A stretch of DNA of 64,000 bases from the NCBI GenBank assembly GCA_002189035.1, contig NEEC01000020.1, forward strand, positions 1,178,001-1,242,000, given 5' to 3'. Origin of the DNA: Utricularia gibba (Eukaryota > Plantae > Magnoliophyta). Below the pieces are notes generated by a model. The model searched no databases and was not told the origin of the DNA. It saw only the letters and a program-made list of their open reading frames with translations. Of the stretch, positions 15,415 through 27,600 are shown in pieces (the first letter of the stretch is position 1; the number at the start of each line of letters is the position of its first letter). Made by a program: the position numbers and the translations under genes.

Positions 15415-15975
15415 TGCATTGCATAGCAATCTCGCTACTACCAGTGTTTTCCCTTAGCTTTCATATTTGATAGAGTGCTGCACAGCGACCCCCTTTCTGC
15501 ACAGCAACCTCGTCTCTATGAGTTTATACTTGAAACTTTGATTTTTTGCAAGGTTCTACATAACAATCCACCATCCTACAATGGATAGTATAAAATTGCA
15601 TAGAACAATGGGGCTCTGCAGAGCAACCTTGTGTCTAAGGTTACTTTTCCACAACATTCATTTTTAATGAGGATTTGCATAGTAATCCTTGATCAGACAA
15701 CCCGACTCTACAAAGCAACTGCTTAGCAACGAGTTTTAGTTAGCACTTTCATTTATGATGGGGCTTTGCACAGTAACCACACTTTGCGGGTTTTTAGTTG
15801 TAACTTTCATTTGTATTCGAGCTCTACATAGCAACCCCTCATCTCGCAATGGGGTTTTATAGCTACCTTGTCCCTGCAACTTTTTTTTTATATGGGGGTA
15901 TAGCAGCTTATTGGGATTTACAATTTCATAGAAACCGTCATCCACCAAGGGGGCTTTCCACAGCAATCTCGACAT
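15415..15975 (-). repeat. Dispersed degenerate array of a ~18-bp motif (GGGGCTCTGCAYAGCAACC on +), at least 10 copies
   Basis: Copies start near 15418, 15473, 15494, 15550, 15610, 15672, 15703, 15760, 15819, 15850 and 15948. On the minus strand the best copies read EIAVESP, VTVQSP, VALQSP and VAVQHS. Confidence 0.6.
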
Positions 15976-16699
15976 AGATCCTGATGAGTAGCCAACATCC
16001 TTCTCAATCCATTCAATCTCGAATGTTGTCAGTCGTGCAATGGGATTCAGGGTTGAAAATCGGAGAGTAGAATGAAGCCATGCGTTTTGTACTTCGAAAT
16101 GATTATATCATACATACGACAATCCCCTTGAGGGAACCAAGGGAAGTTAGTGGAACCATTTACACCGCCTTTCTTCAAGGGCCAACTCCTGTCCACTCCA
16201 GCATAGTAATGCATCACTTACATCAAATGAGACCCATGCACTCAAACATCCAGATCTGCATCAAGAAATAATGAGAGTCCCTTGTACATATAGCTCGGCA
16301 TTATGAATAATAATCATATATCTCTTCTTAAATTTAAGAAACAGTTATCCTCTTAATTTCTTTTGAAAAATATTCATCTCAATTATATATTTTGAAATGT
16401 AAATTAAAGTATATATTTTCAAAATTACCGGTTCGTAGAAATTAAGGGTTTTTGATTATTTCAAAACCAAACTAACTTGCATGGAACCAGGCAATGAAAA
16501 TGTAAAACAGACCCATTTTTTGCATGACTGTGCCCTGTACCTTATAATCAAATGCAAATAAATTTTTTTTTCTTATACTTTTTCACTTGCTCGGGGGATT
16601 CGGTTTCCCCTTCAGAATTATAATCCATTGAGAAACAACACAAGATATAAAAAATATCGGTAATGATAACATGGATTCAACCAAACTTACATATTATAT

Positions 16700-17170
16700 T
16701 TAAGCGCTAGGAGCTGCATCCTTGATTCTGCTCTGCAAGTATCCCCCATATTCTCTGGCGTATTCCTTCACCTGCTCCGCCGAGTCGGAAATCCTAATCC
16801 TCGCGAAATCCACCCCAGAAGAACCGGAAGGATTCATTCCCCGAACATACGAGTACAGCCATGAGATCACCATCGCAGAGCCAGCTCCTACCACGATCAT
16901 CGACAGAACTCCGGCAAGGACGACGAGGAAGATGCCTCCGATCGGGATCCATATTGGACTGGAAATGACAACCAAGGGGGTGAAAAAGATAAGACCGAGG
17001 ATGGTGGAGGTGAGGGTGACGCCGGCGAGGAGTATGAGGATGGCACTGGAGATGACGAGAGCGGCTAGGCCGACCAGCTGGCTGGAATTCGCAGAATAAT
17101 CTTTCAGAGTTTGGAGGATGGAGGCGGCGCTTGCGGAGGATCTCCGAGGGATGAATTGGGGATCCGCCAT
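16700..17170 (-). CDS. Oleosin (U-lineage-like), 156 aa, intronless
   Basis: Long uninterrupted hydrophobic hairpin with the proline knot PLVVISSPIWIP (PX5SPX3P). The C-terminus YAREYGGYLQSRIKDAAPSA resembles the AAPGA end of U oleosins. Confidence 0.95.
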   Translation of the reverse strand: MADPQFIPRRSSASAASILQTLKDYSANSSQLVGLAALVISSAILILLAGVTLTSTILGLIFFTPLVVISSPIWIPIGGIFLVVLAGVLSMIVVGAGSAMVISWLYSYVRGMNPSGSSGVDFARIRISDSAEQVKEYAREYGGYLQSRIKDAAPSA

Positions 17171-17254
17171 GGAAAAACCTCAGTACTCGAGGTGCTGGTG
17201 GAGGTGAAAATGGGAGTGTGTACCTCGGAGACATTAGAGTGGTATGTGGGCGTG

Positions 17255-17294
17255 ACACGTGTGGTGGACTTGGTGCATGCATCGATACACGTGT
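17255..17294. promoter_or_regulatory. Seed-maturation cassette upstream of the oleosin: G-box/ABRE - RY - G-box/ABRE
   Basis: ACACGTGT at 17255-17262, TGCATGCA (RY core CATGCA) at 17274-17281 and ACACGTGT at 17287-17294, lying 85-125 bp upstream of the ATG. Confidence 0.75.
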
Positions 17295-17529
17295 GAGAGT
17301 TGGCGCATTTGGAGATCAGTTTGTTCTGTAGTAGTCTATGGAGAGTATTTTTTTTTTCTAAGTACAATACAAATTGTCGGATGGTAGTGCAAAATACAAG
17401 TGACCATGTGAAGCTGTTATACCATATTGAAATTAAATATTCGATTACTTGGATAAGCACACATAAAACCTAAGTTACAAAAAAATTAGATTACATTAAA
17501 AAAGATTAAATTCAATCGATTATTAATAA

Positions 17530-19000
17530 TTTATAATTTCTTATATATTTAATTATTTCATTTCAAAACTTGATATTGGATTATTTGTTCTAATATTCTG
17601 TATGAAGATGGGTACTTTCCTACTATTGTCCAACATCTTCTCATGCATAGATTTATCTTTAATTTGAGGGGATGATAAAATTGAATCTTCCTTTGAGAAG
17701 GCATCTACTAAGGAACTTGAGTTAGTCGAAAGCATGCAGTTTTTCAAAGAAAACCATTGAACCAAGAAGGTCATGGTGTTCTCACGAAATAAAACACACA
17801 TCGGATATCCCATCTGCCCATGCATTTAATGCAATCTAAGATATTTGAGATCCATGCAGTATGTATGACGTGATCATATCGCAAGTACACCGTTTTCATC
17901 ATTGCATCGGAAATGTGGTTTCGATTCCTCCGGTAAATCACACTGCAAATCATGTTCTAGAGAGCTTCGATGACTTCATGCAAAACTCCGAGAACACCAT
18001 CATCCCTGCGCAACTAGGTATTTCCTTTTTCCATAATGGTTCCTCTTTACAAAATAGTGTCATATGAAATTCCGACTAGTTAGAGTTGAAAATGGGATAA
18101 ACATGTCCTTTTGCATAGCTACCATAGCTGAGATCTGAAATCCATATATTAGCAATTCTCCTGTGTGCTGATCAAGGCTTCTTTGACATCGTTTCATTCT
18201 CCAATTTTTTCGTATTTTAAATGTTCAAATTCATGCTCTACACCCAGATGTTTTGACCATCCTCATGGCTTACCTCGTGCTAGTAAAGAGACATAAATTC
18301 ACCCTTCATTGAAATACATTTTGAGCCTTTACAAACTTCACAATATGCATGTCAATGGTCCTAACATTCGGGTGGAGGCAAGTTTCTGAATTGTGGAGGT
18401 GGAAAAAATCACAAAAATAGATGACATGCATTTGATGGGAGCCTCATGAAGCCTTGACAACACCAGAGGAGACACAATAGTATCATACAATTTTACAACT
18501 CAAAATAGAAGGGATGCCCAAGACTAAACTCCTCATTCTTACCTTCCATTTCGTATCCCTTCTAAGCCTTCATCTTTATCTTAAATTTCCTGATTCAATG
18601 ATTCAACAAGGCCTCCTCAATCAACTCTTGGTAAGAAGTGGCCATGAAGCATATCCATGACCATATTGAGGTTTCTTTAGAATGAAATGCTTCTGGAAAA
18701 AGTTGAGAGGTTGGAGACCTAAGAGAATAATTTGGAAGAGCTAAGAAAGAGAATGATCCAGGAGCTCACTTAAACATGAGTGAGTCTTGCCCACCACAAC
18801 AAAGTTAGAGACCATCCTCAAATGGAGCAATAGCTGTAGGAGGATCTAAGATAATTGAGAACTGACTGGACTGTTTTGAAAAAAGATAAATGGGTCATTG
18901 TAATCCAAACTCCTGAGTTCAAACAATATGTAGTAAGATATGAAAAATTCCTAATATCATTGCGAAAATAGAATTTTTGTATCAAATAAATTTGTAAACT
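17530..19000 (-). mobile_element. Heavily decayed Gypsy (Athila-like) integrase/internal remnant
   Basis: Minus-frame fragments (RNRNHISDA, HVIHTAWISN, GYPMCVLF, EKMLDNSRKVPIF) loosely resemble Athila integrase core and C-terminal stretches. Many stops. Confidence 0.5.
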
Positions 19001-21718
19001 TTAATCTTTACATATTATAAATTAAACACACAATGTGTAGTAGAATTTCGGGATCGATCAAGAAGCAAGTACTTATTGCGTGTTTTAGCATATGCAAGTT
19101 CATAAAATAAATGGTACTTTTAATCCAAGATCAGACTAATAGCGATAGGCAAGTTCAGTAAGTAAAATCAAATTTCAACATAGAAAGTAATAAATGTAGG
19201 TTCTAAATACAAAATAATACTAATATACCTAAAAGTGGTTCAAGTGATGTGGTGTTCAAGTTCCTAATCTAATATACAATTTCTCTATATGCATAGATTA
19301 AACCAACTAAGTCTATCCAGATTGTTTCTCATATTTTTGACTAAATTATTCCCTAATATCATCACCCATTTCGCATCTAGGTCAATTCACACCTAAAATA
19401 TGTAGAATTAGGTCTACATGGTTCTACCCAAGAATCGTGTAGATCTACCTCTAAATCAAGCGTTTGAGTTGCAAAGTCGTTCATTCCCCTCCTTAAATCT
19501 ACTTGAAAGATGTTAGAAACCAAAGTTAATATACAAAATCATAGATTACTTAAAAACTTAAAACCACATCACTATTCTACACGTGAAGGCATCTCTAAAG
19601 TCTAGCTATTCATATGTGATAAGCAAAACATGATTTCATAAACATAAACTGGAGAGAATATCACAGACATTGTAAAACAAACAATCAATGAAACAAAATA
19701 TTTAAAAAACTAAAATCATGATAGAATAGTTCTGTTCTCCATCTACTACTATTCACAACCCGGAACAATAGCATTGAATTGAGTTTCGGTGTTTTTTTTT
19801 CATATTAGAGATTTTTCTTTTAGAAATCTTCTTCTTCTTCTTCCTCTCTGATAAACGGAAAATTATGCAATGTCGTTAATGTAAACTTTCCTATCAAATA
19901 AATTTATAACCTAATACACATTCAAGCATAAAACAATTATGAGCATAGTGGATTAGGGTCGAACACAAGGAGCTAGGTGCTTGCTATGTGAAGGTCTATG
20001 CAAGGAATCAATGTCACGTTGGTAAAATTGGTCTTAGCTAGGACTAAGGCAGAACTAAAACGAAATACAGTAAAAAAAAGTAATAAGTTCTAGAGTTCGA
20101 TTGTTTCTGGAATGGAATGGATGATGCCTTGGGACTCCTAGGGGATGTATGCTCATCACTAAACAAACTCACACAAACCACAAATCATACAACTAACTCA
20201 CAAGATCTAGGTCTACCCGGATTCTTGTTTTTCCCCCTAATCTTTGGTCTACCTCTAATTAGAGTTGTTAAGTTGGGTTTCACTACTTCCCCTCCTGGAT
20301 CTATCCTGGTTTGTTAAGGAAGTGGCGTGACTCATGGCTGTTTAGATCTAAAGGTTGATTAACATGTTTCTCTCCTTTTTACCCCAAGGCACCCCCCTAA
20401 GTACTTAGCCACTCATGCTTAAGGTAAACGAAAGTGGAAAAGAAAACATCACCCACAGTGTGCTTATTTCACAGTCAAATACCAAAATGCACACAAGCAA
20501 GTAATGTGAAGTCTCCAAGGGGAGATCTACTTCTCTCTCCATCTTTCCTCTCTTTTTGTCCAAAATCTTCCTTTTTAACCTCCTTGGACTTTGTGTGTAC
20601 TCTTCTTCACACTTCTGTCACCTTTCCTGCCACCACACTGTTCATACTCGGCTCCTTGGGATTTGTGTTGCGACCCATGCTGCATTGCTCTAAAGGAACC
20701 GTTGGACTAAATCTACGATTTAGTCCCAACTAAGACTAAAAGTGCACTCCTACGGTACTTATGTGCAAAAATATAGAAATAGACAATTAAGCTTAATTTT
20801 TGTAGCATAAAATGAGTAAATTCCATGCATTGAACCACTCAAAAATATGTGTTAACACATTATGCTACAACGACACTAGACTTGTCCTCAAGTCCTAACT
20901 AAGACTAATAGGAGGTAAGCAATTGAGGGATTTCTAAACATCCATGCAAACATTTAACATTTAAGTCCAGAATGCAAGAATTTAAAGAGTGTTAGTGTGC
21001 AAGACGGGTAATCACTCAAGCATACATGTGAATTTCATCAAAATAAGTGCCTTCAAAGATTAAATAAGCTAACATGACACAATTAGGCTTTCAAAGGGAT
21101 ACTGGTGGTCTCTTTTCATTTCTTCCTCTCTTCACTTTTTTTTTTTTTTTCATTTCTACAGAGATCAAGAGTAGGGAAAGTTTCAAGCTTAATTCAGGCA
21201 ATTTTCGCTCCCCTCCTTTATATATGGAGTGTGGGCCAAGCACTCCTCTCCTTATTTCTCCTGAGGGTTTCCTACTCCTCTGAGGCATTCTCATAACCTT
21301 CCTTCTCTCTTTACTCTGTTGTCTACACACGCTTTTTAATTGTGTGTTGCTTTTCAAGACATCGGGTCTCATCGCTTTTTTTTGTGATGATGCTTTACTG
21401 ACCCCCTCTTTTTTTTTATCTTTCTATAAGCCTTTCGACCACCAGTATCCATGAAAGAACCAAATATGTCAGCTTGCACAAAAAAAATCTCGATTGCACA
21501 AATCAGAATTCATCACACATGTTGCTACCTCACAAAGATAAGTAGGTTAAAATTCATGCTCACAGGTGTACAAATGGTTAAAACCAAATTCATGCATCCT
21601 GTACTTCATGAAAAGTATCACGCATGCATATGAAAATTCCTCAAATAGCTTGCAAAATTCTCCTGATCCTAGTACCGAACTACTAAATTACTCCTAACTT
21701 AGACTAACGCCCTAAAAA

Positions 21719-21749
<31 letters not shown>

Positions 21750-22480
21750 TAAAACTAAAACAATGCAACGATGTTACTTGATTAGGGAAGAGTTATTCAC
21801 TCCCTATTTTAGTTCCTTCACTTCCTTAGCAAATTCCCAAGCCTATCATATATCATGTCAATCATTTCAGTTCAGCAGAAAACTTTCTCATTCCTTTGGG
21901 TCATGGCTGTCTGATTAGGGGTTTTTCCCTTTTCTTTCACTAGAGGTTCCTCCCCACAAAGTCCTGCAAGAGACTTAAAAAAAATCCACTTCCTTGTGCC
22001 CGAATTAGTCTAGCAGTTTTAAGAAAATGAGCATCAAGAGGGGCCAATTTCGTTTCTACATGCAAGAATTCCAACTCAGAAATTTTATCAGAGCATAACC
22101 TTTGACAAACAAATCACGTCTGTACAGAGAATTAAATCCTAAGGCCCCACCAAACAGCACAGTAGAAACAACAAAGTGAACATTTCGCATAGTAGGGTTT
22201 GTAAATAAATCAGCTTTCATCCCTTTGGATTTAAATTCTATCCCATGTTGATCAGTTAAAATTTCATAAACCTCTTCAGCATTAAAATCATCAGGGTAAT
22301 CAAACAATGAAGTAGCAAATTCATGGGATTCAACATGCTTTTCTGTACAAAATCCTAAAGCTACATTTCATTCAACAATTGATAATGAGAAATTCTTTCT
22401 TAGCAATTTAAATGTAATGGCTGATGGTGCATCAAATTGATAAAAGAATGTGACCTTCAATTCACGCGAGAGAGGGAAAG
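19000..22480 (-). mobile_element. Athila/Tat-like LTR (starts TGTTAAC at 20857 on -) plus 3' internal region with an extra-ORF remnant
   Basis: The LTR is homologous to 1-1545. The adjoining CTTGAGGACAAG...GTTGTAGCATA motif recurs at 23870-23930. There is a (TAAAA)n tract near 21716-21760 and an ORF remnant at 22056-22307. Confidence 0.55.
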
Positions 22481-22699
22481 AGGCAGCAACAAATTAAGAT
22501 AAAGAGTGTTTACAAATTTTCTACCATTCTCAAGATTTTGATAAGTATGCTCAGATTAAATTAATGTATGTTGATCACTCTATTTCAGATTTCGACCATG
22601 TTGTGTAGTAATTTTTTTTTTTTTTGTAATTAGAATGATATCAAAATTAGATCTTGTAGTGTTGTTGGTTTTGCACAAAATTCATCTTACCCAATTGTT

Positions 22700-23728
22700 A
22701 TTATTTGTTGCTATACTTGAATTGTATTATGGGAGAAGACCTACTAAAAAAATAATATTCAATGATTGGAAGTCTTTGTGGACAAATTACGTATTTTGGA
22801 GAAATGTTTTACATAAGTGATCTTGCTTGTTTGGACAATTTAAGAGTGACAAGTGATATTTTTGGAAGATTAGCACACTTTTGCATGATGTTGATGAATT
22901 GAATAATTCTAAGCATGTTAGCTTATCTAAAAAAGTTACTATTTCTTTAGGAGTTTTAGCTCACCATAAAAAGTGCATAATCTCATGATTTTAAGAGATC
23001 TAAATGGACCATCCATTATTATTTTCATGAGATGCTTCAAATGATTTTTAAGTTGCATCCGCTACTTATTGCAAAGCCTCAATGAATTAATGAAAATACT
23101 ACTGATGGACCATGGAAATATTTTAAGGTATGACAGTTGCTAAGAAGTCATAATATAACAACTATGTTTTATTATTTCTTCATGCTTTTGAATTTACAAA
23201 ATGTTATTTGGGAGCTTTGCATGGAACTTATATTCAACCCAAAGTCAATGCAAGTGAGCAGGCACAGTATCGTTGTCATAAATGTTTTGTGTGTGTTAAT
23301 TTTTTAGGTGCATGCAATATAAACATGAATTTTATATATATCTTGTTGGGATGGGAAGGATCATGAGCTATTTTTTTTCCTTTTATTGCCTCCATTCTAT
23401 GCTATTTGATTTAAAACTGCTTGGCTACACATGAAAAAGTGTGAGGCTTATAGAGAACTAACCCTAATTTATTGACAAAAAGAGAGGGAACAAGTATGAT
23501 TATTGGAGGAAAAACATTTTTGTAAAATAATAGGATGTTATTATATTTTATTATTATGGAATAATAAACCCATGCGGTAGATGGGTTTATATTTCACTAT
23601 AGATAGTGAGTTAAATAAGAAAATTTGTTGGGATATATAATCCATAGTGTTATATAAAAATATATCAAACTAATGATTATGATATTTAACATAACACCAT
23701 CTTACACCGTCAACCAAACGAGTCCTAA
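22700..23728 (+). mobile_element. PIF/Harbinger transposase pseudogene with right TIR
   Basis: Across frameshifts it reads SDLACLDNLR, KKVTISLGVLAHHKK, WKYFK, CYLGALHGTYI, VNFLGACNINMNFIYILLGWEGS (DDE_4-type). TIR-like CAACCAAACGAGTCC ends at 23725 and is followed by TAA. Confidence 0.85.
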
Positions 23729-24449
23729 ATCATAAATTTAGTCTATATTATACAGAAAAATACAAATAACACTATAATTACCAAATATTAAAAATCAAAT
23801 TAAAATACCTAATGTTATTATTAAACATCTCAATTTTATAATCTAAAATCATTAATAAAATGTGTATTATCAACTATGCTACAATGAAACTAGATTTGTC
23901 CTCAAATCCAAACTAATACTAGTAGAATCCTAATTTCGACATTACTCATGATAAACATGAATGACTATGTTCTGATTTCAGATAAATGAACCACAAGTGT
24001 GCTTGTTTGCAAATGACAAAGCGATAAACATGAATGACCATGTTGCATCTTCCCAAAGTAACATTCTTCTTGATTTTTGGAGGACTGTAGACGCCGAATG
24101 ATGAATCTTGATGTGTGGAAAAACAGGAGGGATTGAATCAAGGAACACTAGAGCAGATGAAACAAGTAAATGGGTTTAGTGGTTGAATAACCTAAATGGG
24201 TGAGAGGAGAAATCTCAAACCAGATGACAAAGTTGAATGAGCATCTGGAGCAACTCAGATGACAACTCACATCTTGGATAGTCGAGGAAGATATGAATAT
24301 TAATTTTGTTAATTTTCAAGGAAAACCTGTTCAAGGGAATAACTGTGGGAATTGTGGCAACACTTCGCAAACCTAGAAACAAAACCAACAGCGGTCTCAA
24401 CGCCCATTTTTTACGAGATATGCTTAGTCAATAATACATGAATTCTTTT

Positions 24450-24860
24450 TCTGATGAGTTGATGGTTTATAGCTTGACTTATGATGCATGGAGACATGTA
24501 GGCCTACCCCTTGAGAATGCACAATTTTAGATTAGAGGTGGCAGGCTACTGAAGGAGAAGCTATATTGGGAGAGAAGGATTACAGGTCTCAGGCAACATA
24601 TTCTTGCATTTGATTTGACGACTGAAGTCTATGAATTCATTAGCTATCCACTATTGGTAGAAGGCAGTTTTAGATACCAGAAGTCACTAATAGGAGCTCT
24701 AGGAAACAAGTTATACTTGTTCGTAATTGAGAGTGATAGTTAGAGGGTTGTTATCAGGTACCTTAGTGGAGGAGGAACATGGATAGCAGCTGCTAGGCTT
24801 CTCTTCACTGGAAATCTGTTTGGTCAGTATGTTCTTCCCTACATAACACCCATGTATTGT
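24450..24860 (+). pseudogene. F-box-associated (FBA) domain remnant
   Basis: Reads ELMVYSLTYDAWRH...F*IRGGRLLKEKLYW...ILAFDLTTEVYEFISYP...IGALGNKLYLF, matching the VYS..W / LYW / I.AFDL..E pattern of plant FBA domains. Two in-frame TAG stops, no F-box or start codon. Confidence 0.65.
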
Positions 24861-25161
24861 ACATGGGATAGAATTCTGATTTCCTGCAAGCATTTGAGAG
24901 CTTATGGTCTATGGGATTATAGCTTCAGCATGAGGTGCTTTCATAGAGTAAATATAAACTGCTATAGACCCTTGTAGTGGTATGACAGTCTAGTGAGGGT
25001 GTGAGGTTCTACCTTGTTTCCTCTGTAGAGGACAATGCTTTGGCTGACTACTCCTGACTGAAATTGAAGTGACAATTAGACTTGCATATTCCTAGTGTTT
25101 TGTGGCGAGGACATCAAAACAAAAACAAGAAGAAAATGGAGCGGCTAGAGGGGCAGCCTGA

Positions 25162-25670
25162 TTATCCCTGGAGGTCTATGGGCCGAAGTCCCCCTGCATA
25201 CCTTCTGCATATCTCGCCATCATCAAACAAGTTCCAGACCTGCGAAACCAGATGCTCTATGTTTGTAGTAAGTAGAGGAGAGGACGAAGGAAGGATTCTG
25301 GTCCTGGTGCACAAGCAAATTGGACCAACCTTCAGCTTGCATTTGGATCCCACAATTGCCAAACTAAAAGGACTATCTTCCGAGAACGAAATGGAAAATA
25401 CAGCGCCCTGAAAAAAATACATAGACTTCTTCTTGATCAGTGCTACCACATCCCTCTTTCTTTGAAATAACATCGGGAGAGGAGGGGAGGGGAGGCATAA
25501 AAAACATACAGCTTTCGGATTTTTGGATGCAACACATGATGGCTGATTTGACAAATCCCATAGTTTAACCTACGCAAACAGAGCCACAAATATCAGAGAA
25601 AACATCAGTATTCCACTCAAGGGGTTTGATCCAAGAGGTACAAACCGTATTGTCCACAGAGTTTAACATT
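25162..25670 (-). pseudogene. 5'-truncated fragment of a PWP1-like WD40 gene (last three exons plus an exon stub, introns retained)
   Basis: Exons 25569-25510 (VKLWDLSNQPSCVASKNPKA), 25407-25330 (GAVFSISFSEDSPFSLAIVGSKCKLK) and 25239-25162 (VWNLFDDGEICRRYAGGLRPIDLQG*), all with GT-AG phase-0 junctions. A stub ..SVDNT ends at a donor at 25646. Confidence 0.75.
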
Positions 25671-26249
25671 CAAAGAGACATTGGACAGGTCCTTCAAACT
25701 CTGAAAATCCATATGATTTGATTAGCCATCCATCAAATTAGAGGGTCACAAAATTCAAATGAGATGGACAATTCTAAAACTTTCATTGAAGTTTTAGTTT
25801 AATTTAGACTTTGTTTCTTTCTAGAAGATTTTCCTCTGTCTTCTCTCTGAAACTTTGCTTTCATTTTTTTTTTTGCTTTGTATGAAACTTCATGATTAAA
25901 ACACCTCATTTCTGGATTGAGAGACTCCTAGCTCAATGTTTCGTTAATTGATCTCCATTTTTTCTTTGAATCTAATCAGGTTCCGTATGTCTCCACGCAA
26001 CTATGTTAGAATATTTTTATAACAATCTCTTATTCAGGATTCATGGTTAGTGGACCATTGTCTATGAGTTTTGAAGAAGAGTAAGGTGGAAAACAGCAAC
26101 TCATGCCTTTTTGGTTCAAGGGAGACAACGTTTTGTTTGTGACCGTACTTCAAGATCGATGGACAAATAGTGATCTCCTATGTTGACTCATTGAGCCATT
26201 GACAACACTTGGGCACATGCGTGCAATTCGATCATGAGGGTAATGATGA

Positions 26250-26620
26250 CTGAATCTCTTATCTTCCCGTTCATCCAAGGGGAAGAAGCATCAGGCTATT
26301 CCCGTATTTCCTTGCAAGAGAGTGTAAGGGAAGATAGATAATTTCTTATTCCCATAATCAAGTACTCTAGAAGATCAAAGAAGAGTAGAGACATCAGGAA
26401 CATAATTGGATAGGATTTCAATCCCAAGAACACCTCTTTATTTAAGTTTATTTTTGTTGTTTGTCTAATAATTTCTTTACTCAAGTTTTAGCATATACAT
26501 TTCTACCACCCTTTTACTTTAAAAATTGTATCAGTTGTATTTAGTGTAAACTTCATTATTCTATCGAACACTAACTCCTTGTGTTCGATATCTGTACTAT
26601 ACATTTTGTGTTTTATGAGT
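26250..26620 (+). mobile_element. Gypsy LTR 3' fragment
   Basis: Ends in AACACTAACTCCTTGTGTTCGATATC, similar to the end of the solo LTR at 34730-34802 (AACAATTCCCTGTGGATACAATC). Confidence 0.4.
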
Positions 26621-27199
26621 TAAAAATCTTAAAATTTTATTATGGAACGATACATATCAGTAAGACATCTGGTTCATTAGCTTAGATTGCTTGTCTCATA
26701 TGGTGAGAGACGAAAAACATTTTGATTCATTTGACACAACTTCTTAGCACTAGTCAAAGTTTATGATATTTGGCAGGATGTAGCCTCATTGAGCATGCTA
26801 CTCTTTCCTCTATCTTACTAGCTAAGCCCCGTTCTTATGGCCTCAATATAGGGAGTGATCTTTGTAGATAGAGAGAATTTCTTAAAAAGGTTTGAGATCA
26901 TTTTCCTTCCCATTACTGACCATTATAGTCTTGAAGTGTAGAATGTAATTAACATTACCTTCATAAAGATGTAGAGGAATGGGTGTAGAGAGTTTAATTA
27001 GAGATGAAAATAATGATCTAATATAAAAAAAAACATGATGTTGTACATGTATATAATATTCAATGATCATTCATGAAGTAAGAAAACAAACAGATAGTAG
27101 CTACAAGGTCTCCAAGAGCATTAAAAATGATAGTTTCTAGAGTTGCAATGCTGATCTCTAATACTTTTTGGAATTCTTTTTAAATCAATCACTACAAAA

Positions 27200-27600
27200 T
27201 TTTAGTGTTGGATATTTGGTTGTCTCTACAATATGAGATATTTCTATTCTTAAAATCCCTGTTGTTGGTTGAGAAGGTTGCTCATTGTTTACAATTGCAA
27301 TAGGTTGGAGTATCTTCGAATTGATTCAATTTGATGACATTAACTTTATGTGGGTGAGGACTTGTTTTTCGAATCCTTTCATATTTTTTAATCAGTACCC
27401 CATAAGCATTTGTCCAATCCATGCTTCTTTTTTGTGACATAATGGACAAAAAATTGTCTATATGGTTTTTTATTCCATGGATAATATTATATGAACTGCT
27501 CTGCAAATCTTTAATATTCCTAATAGTAAATATAGACTCCACATTATTGAATTGTGTAGTTGTTACATGCTCCTACACTTGTAGGATCACTGTTATGGGA
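27200..27600 (-). mobile_element. Possible MULE transposase (SWIM-region) remnant
   Basis: ORF 27282-27542 ends ...VNVIKLNQFEDTPTYCNCKQ, a CxC motif in a position typical of SWIM fingers. Weak. Confidence 0.3.

Noticed and set aside
16722-17460. Overlapping ORFs around the oleosin (125, 162 and 118 aa)
   Set aside because: Antisense or alternative-frame shadows of the oleosin CDS.
27189-27200. CACTACAAAA, resembling a CACTA terminal repeat
   Set aside because: No matching TAGTG end, subterminal repeats or transposase found.
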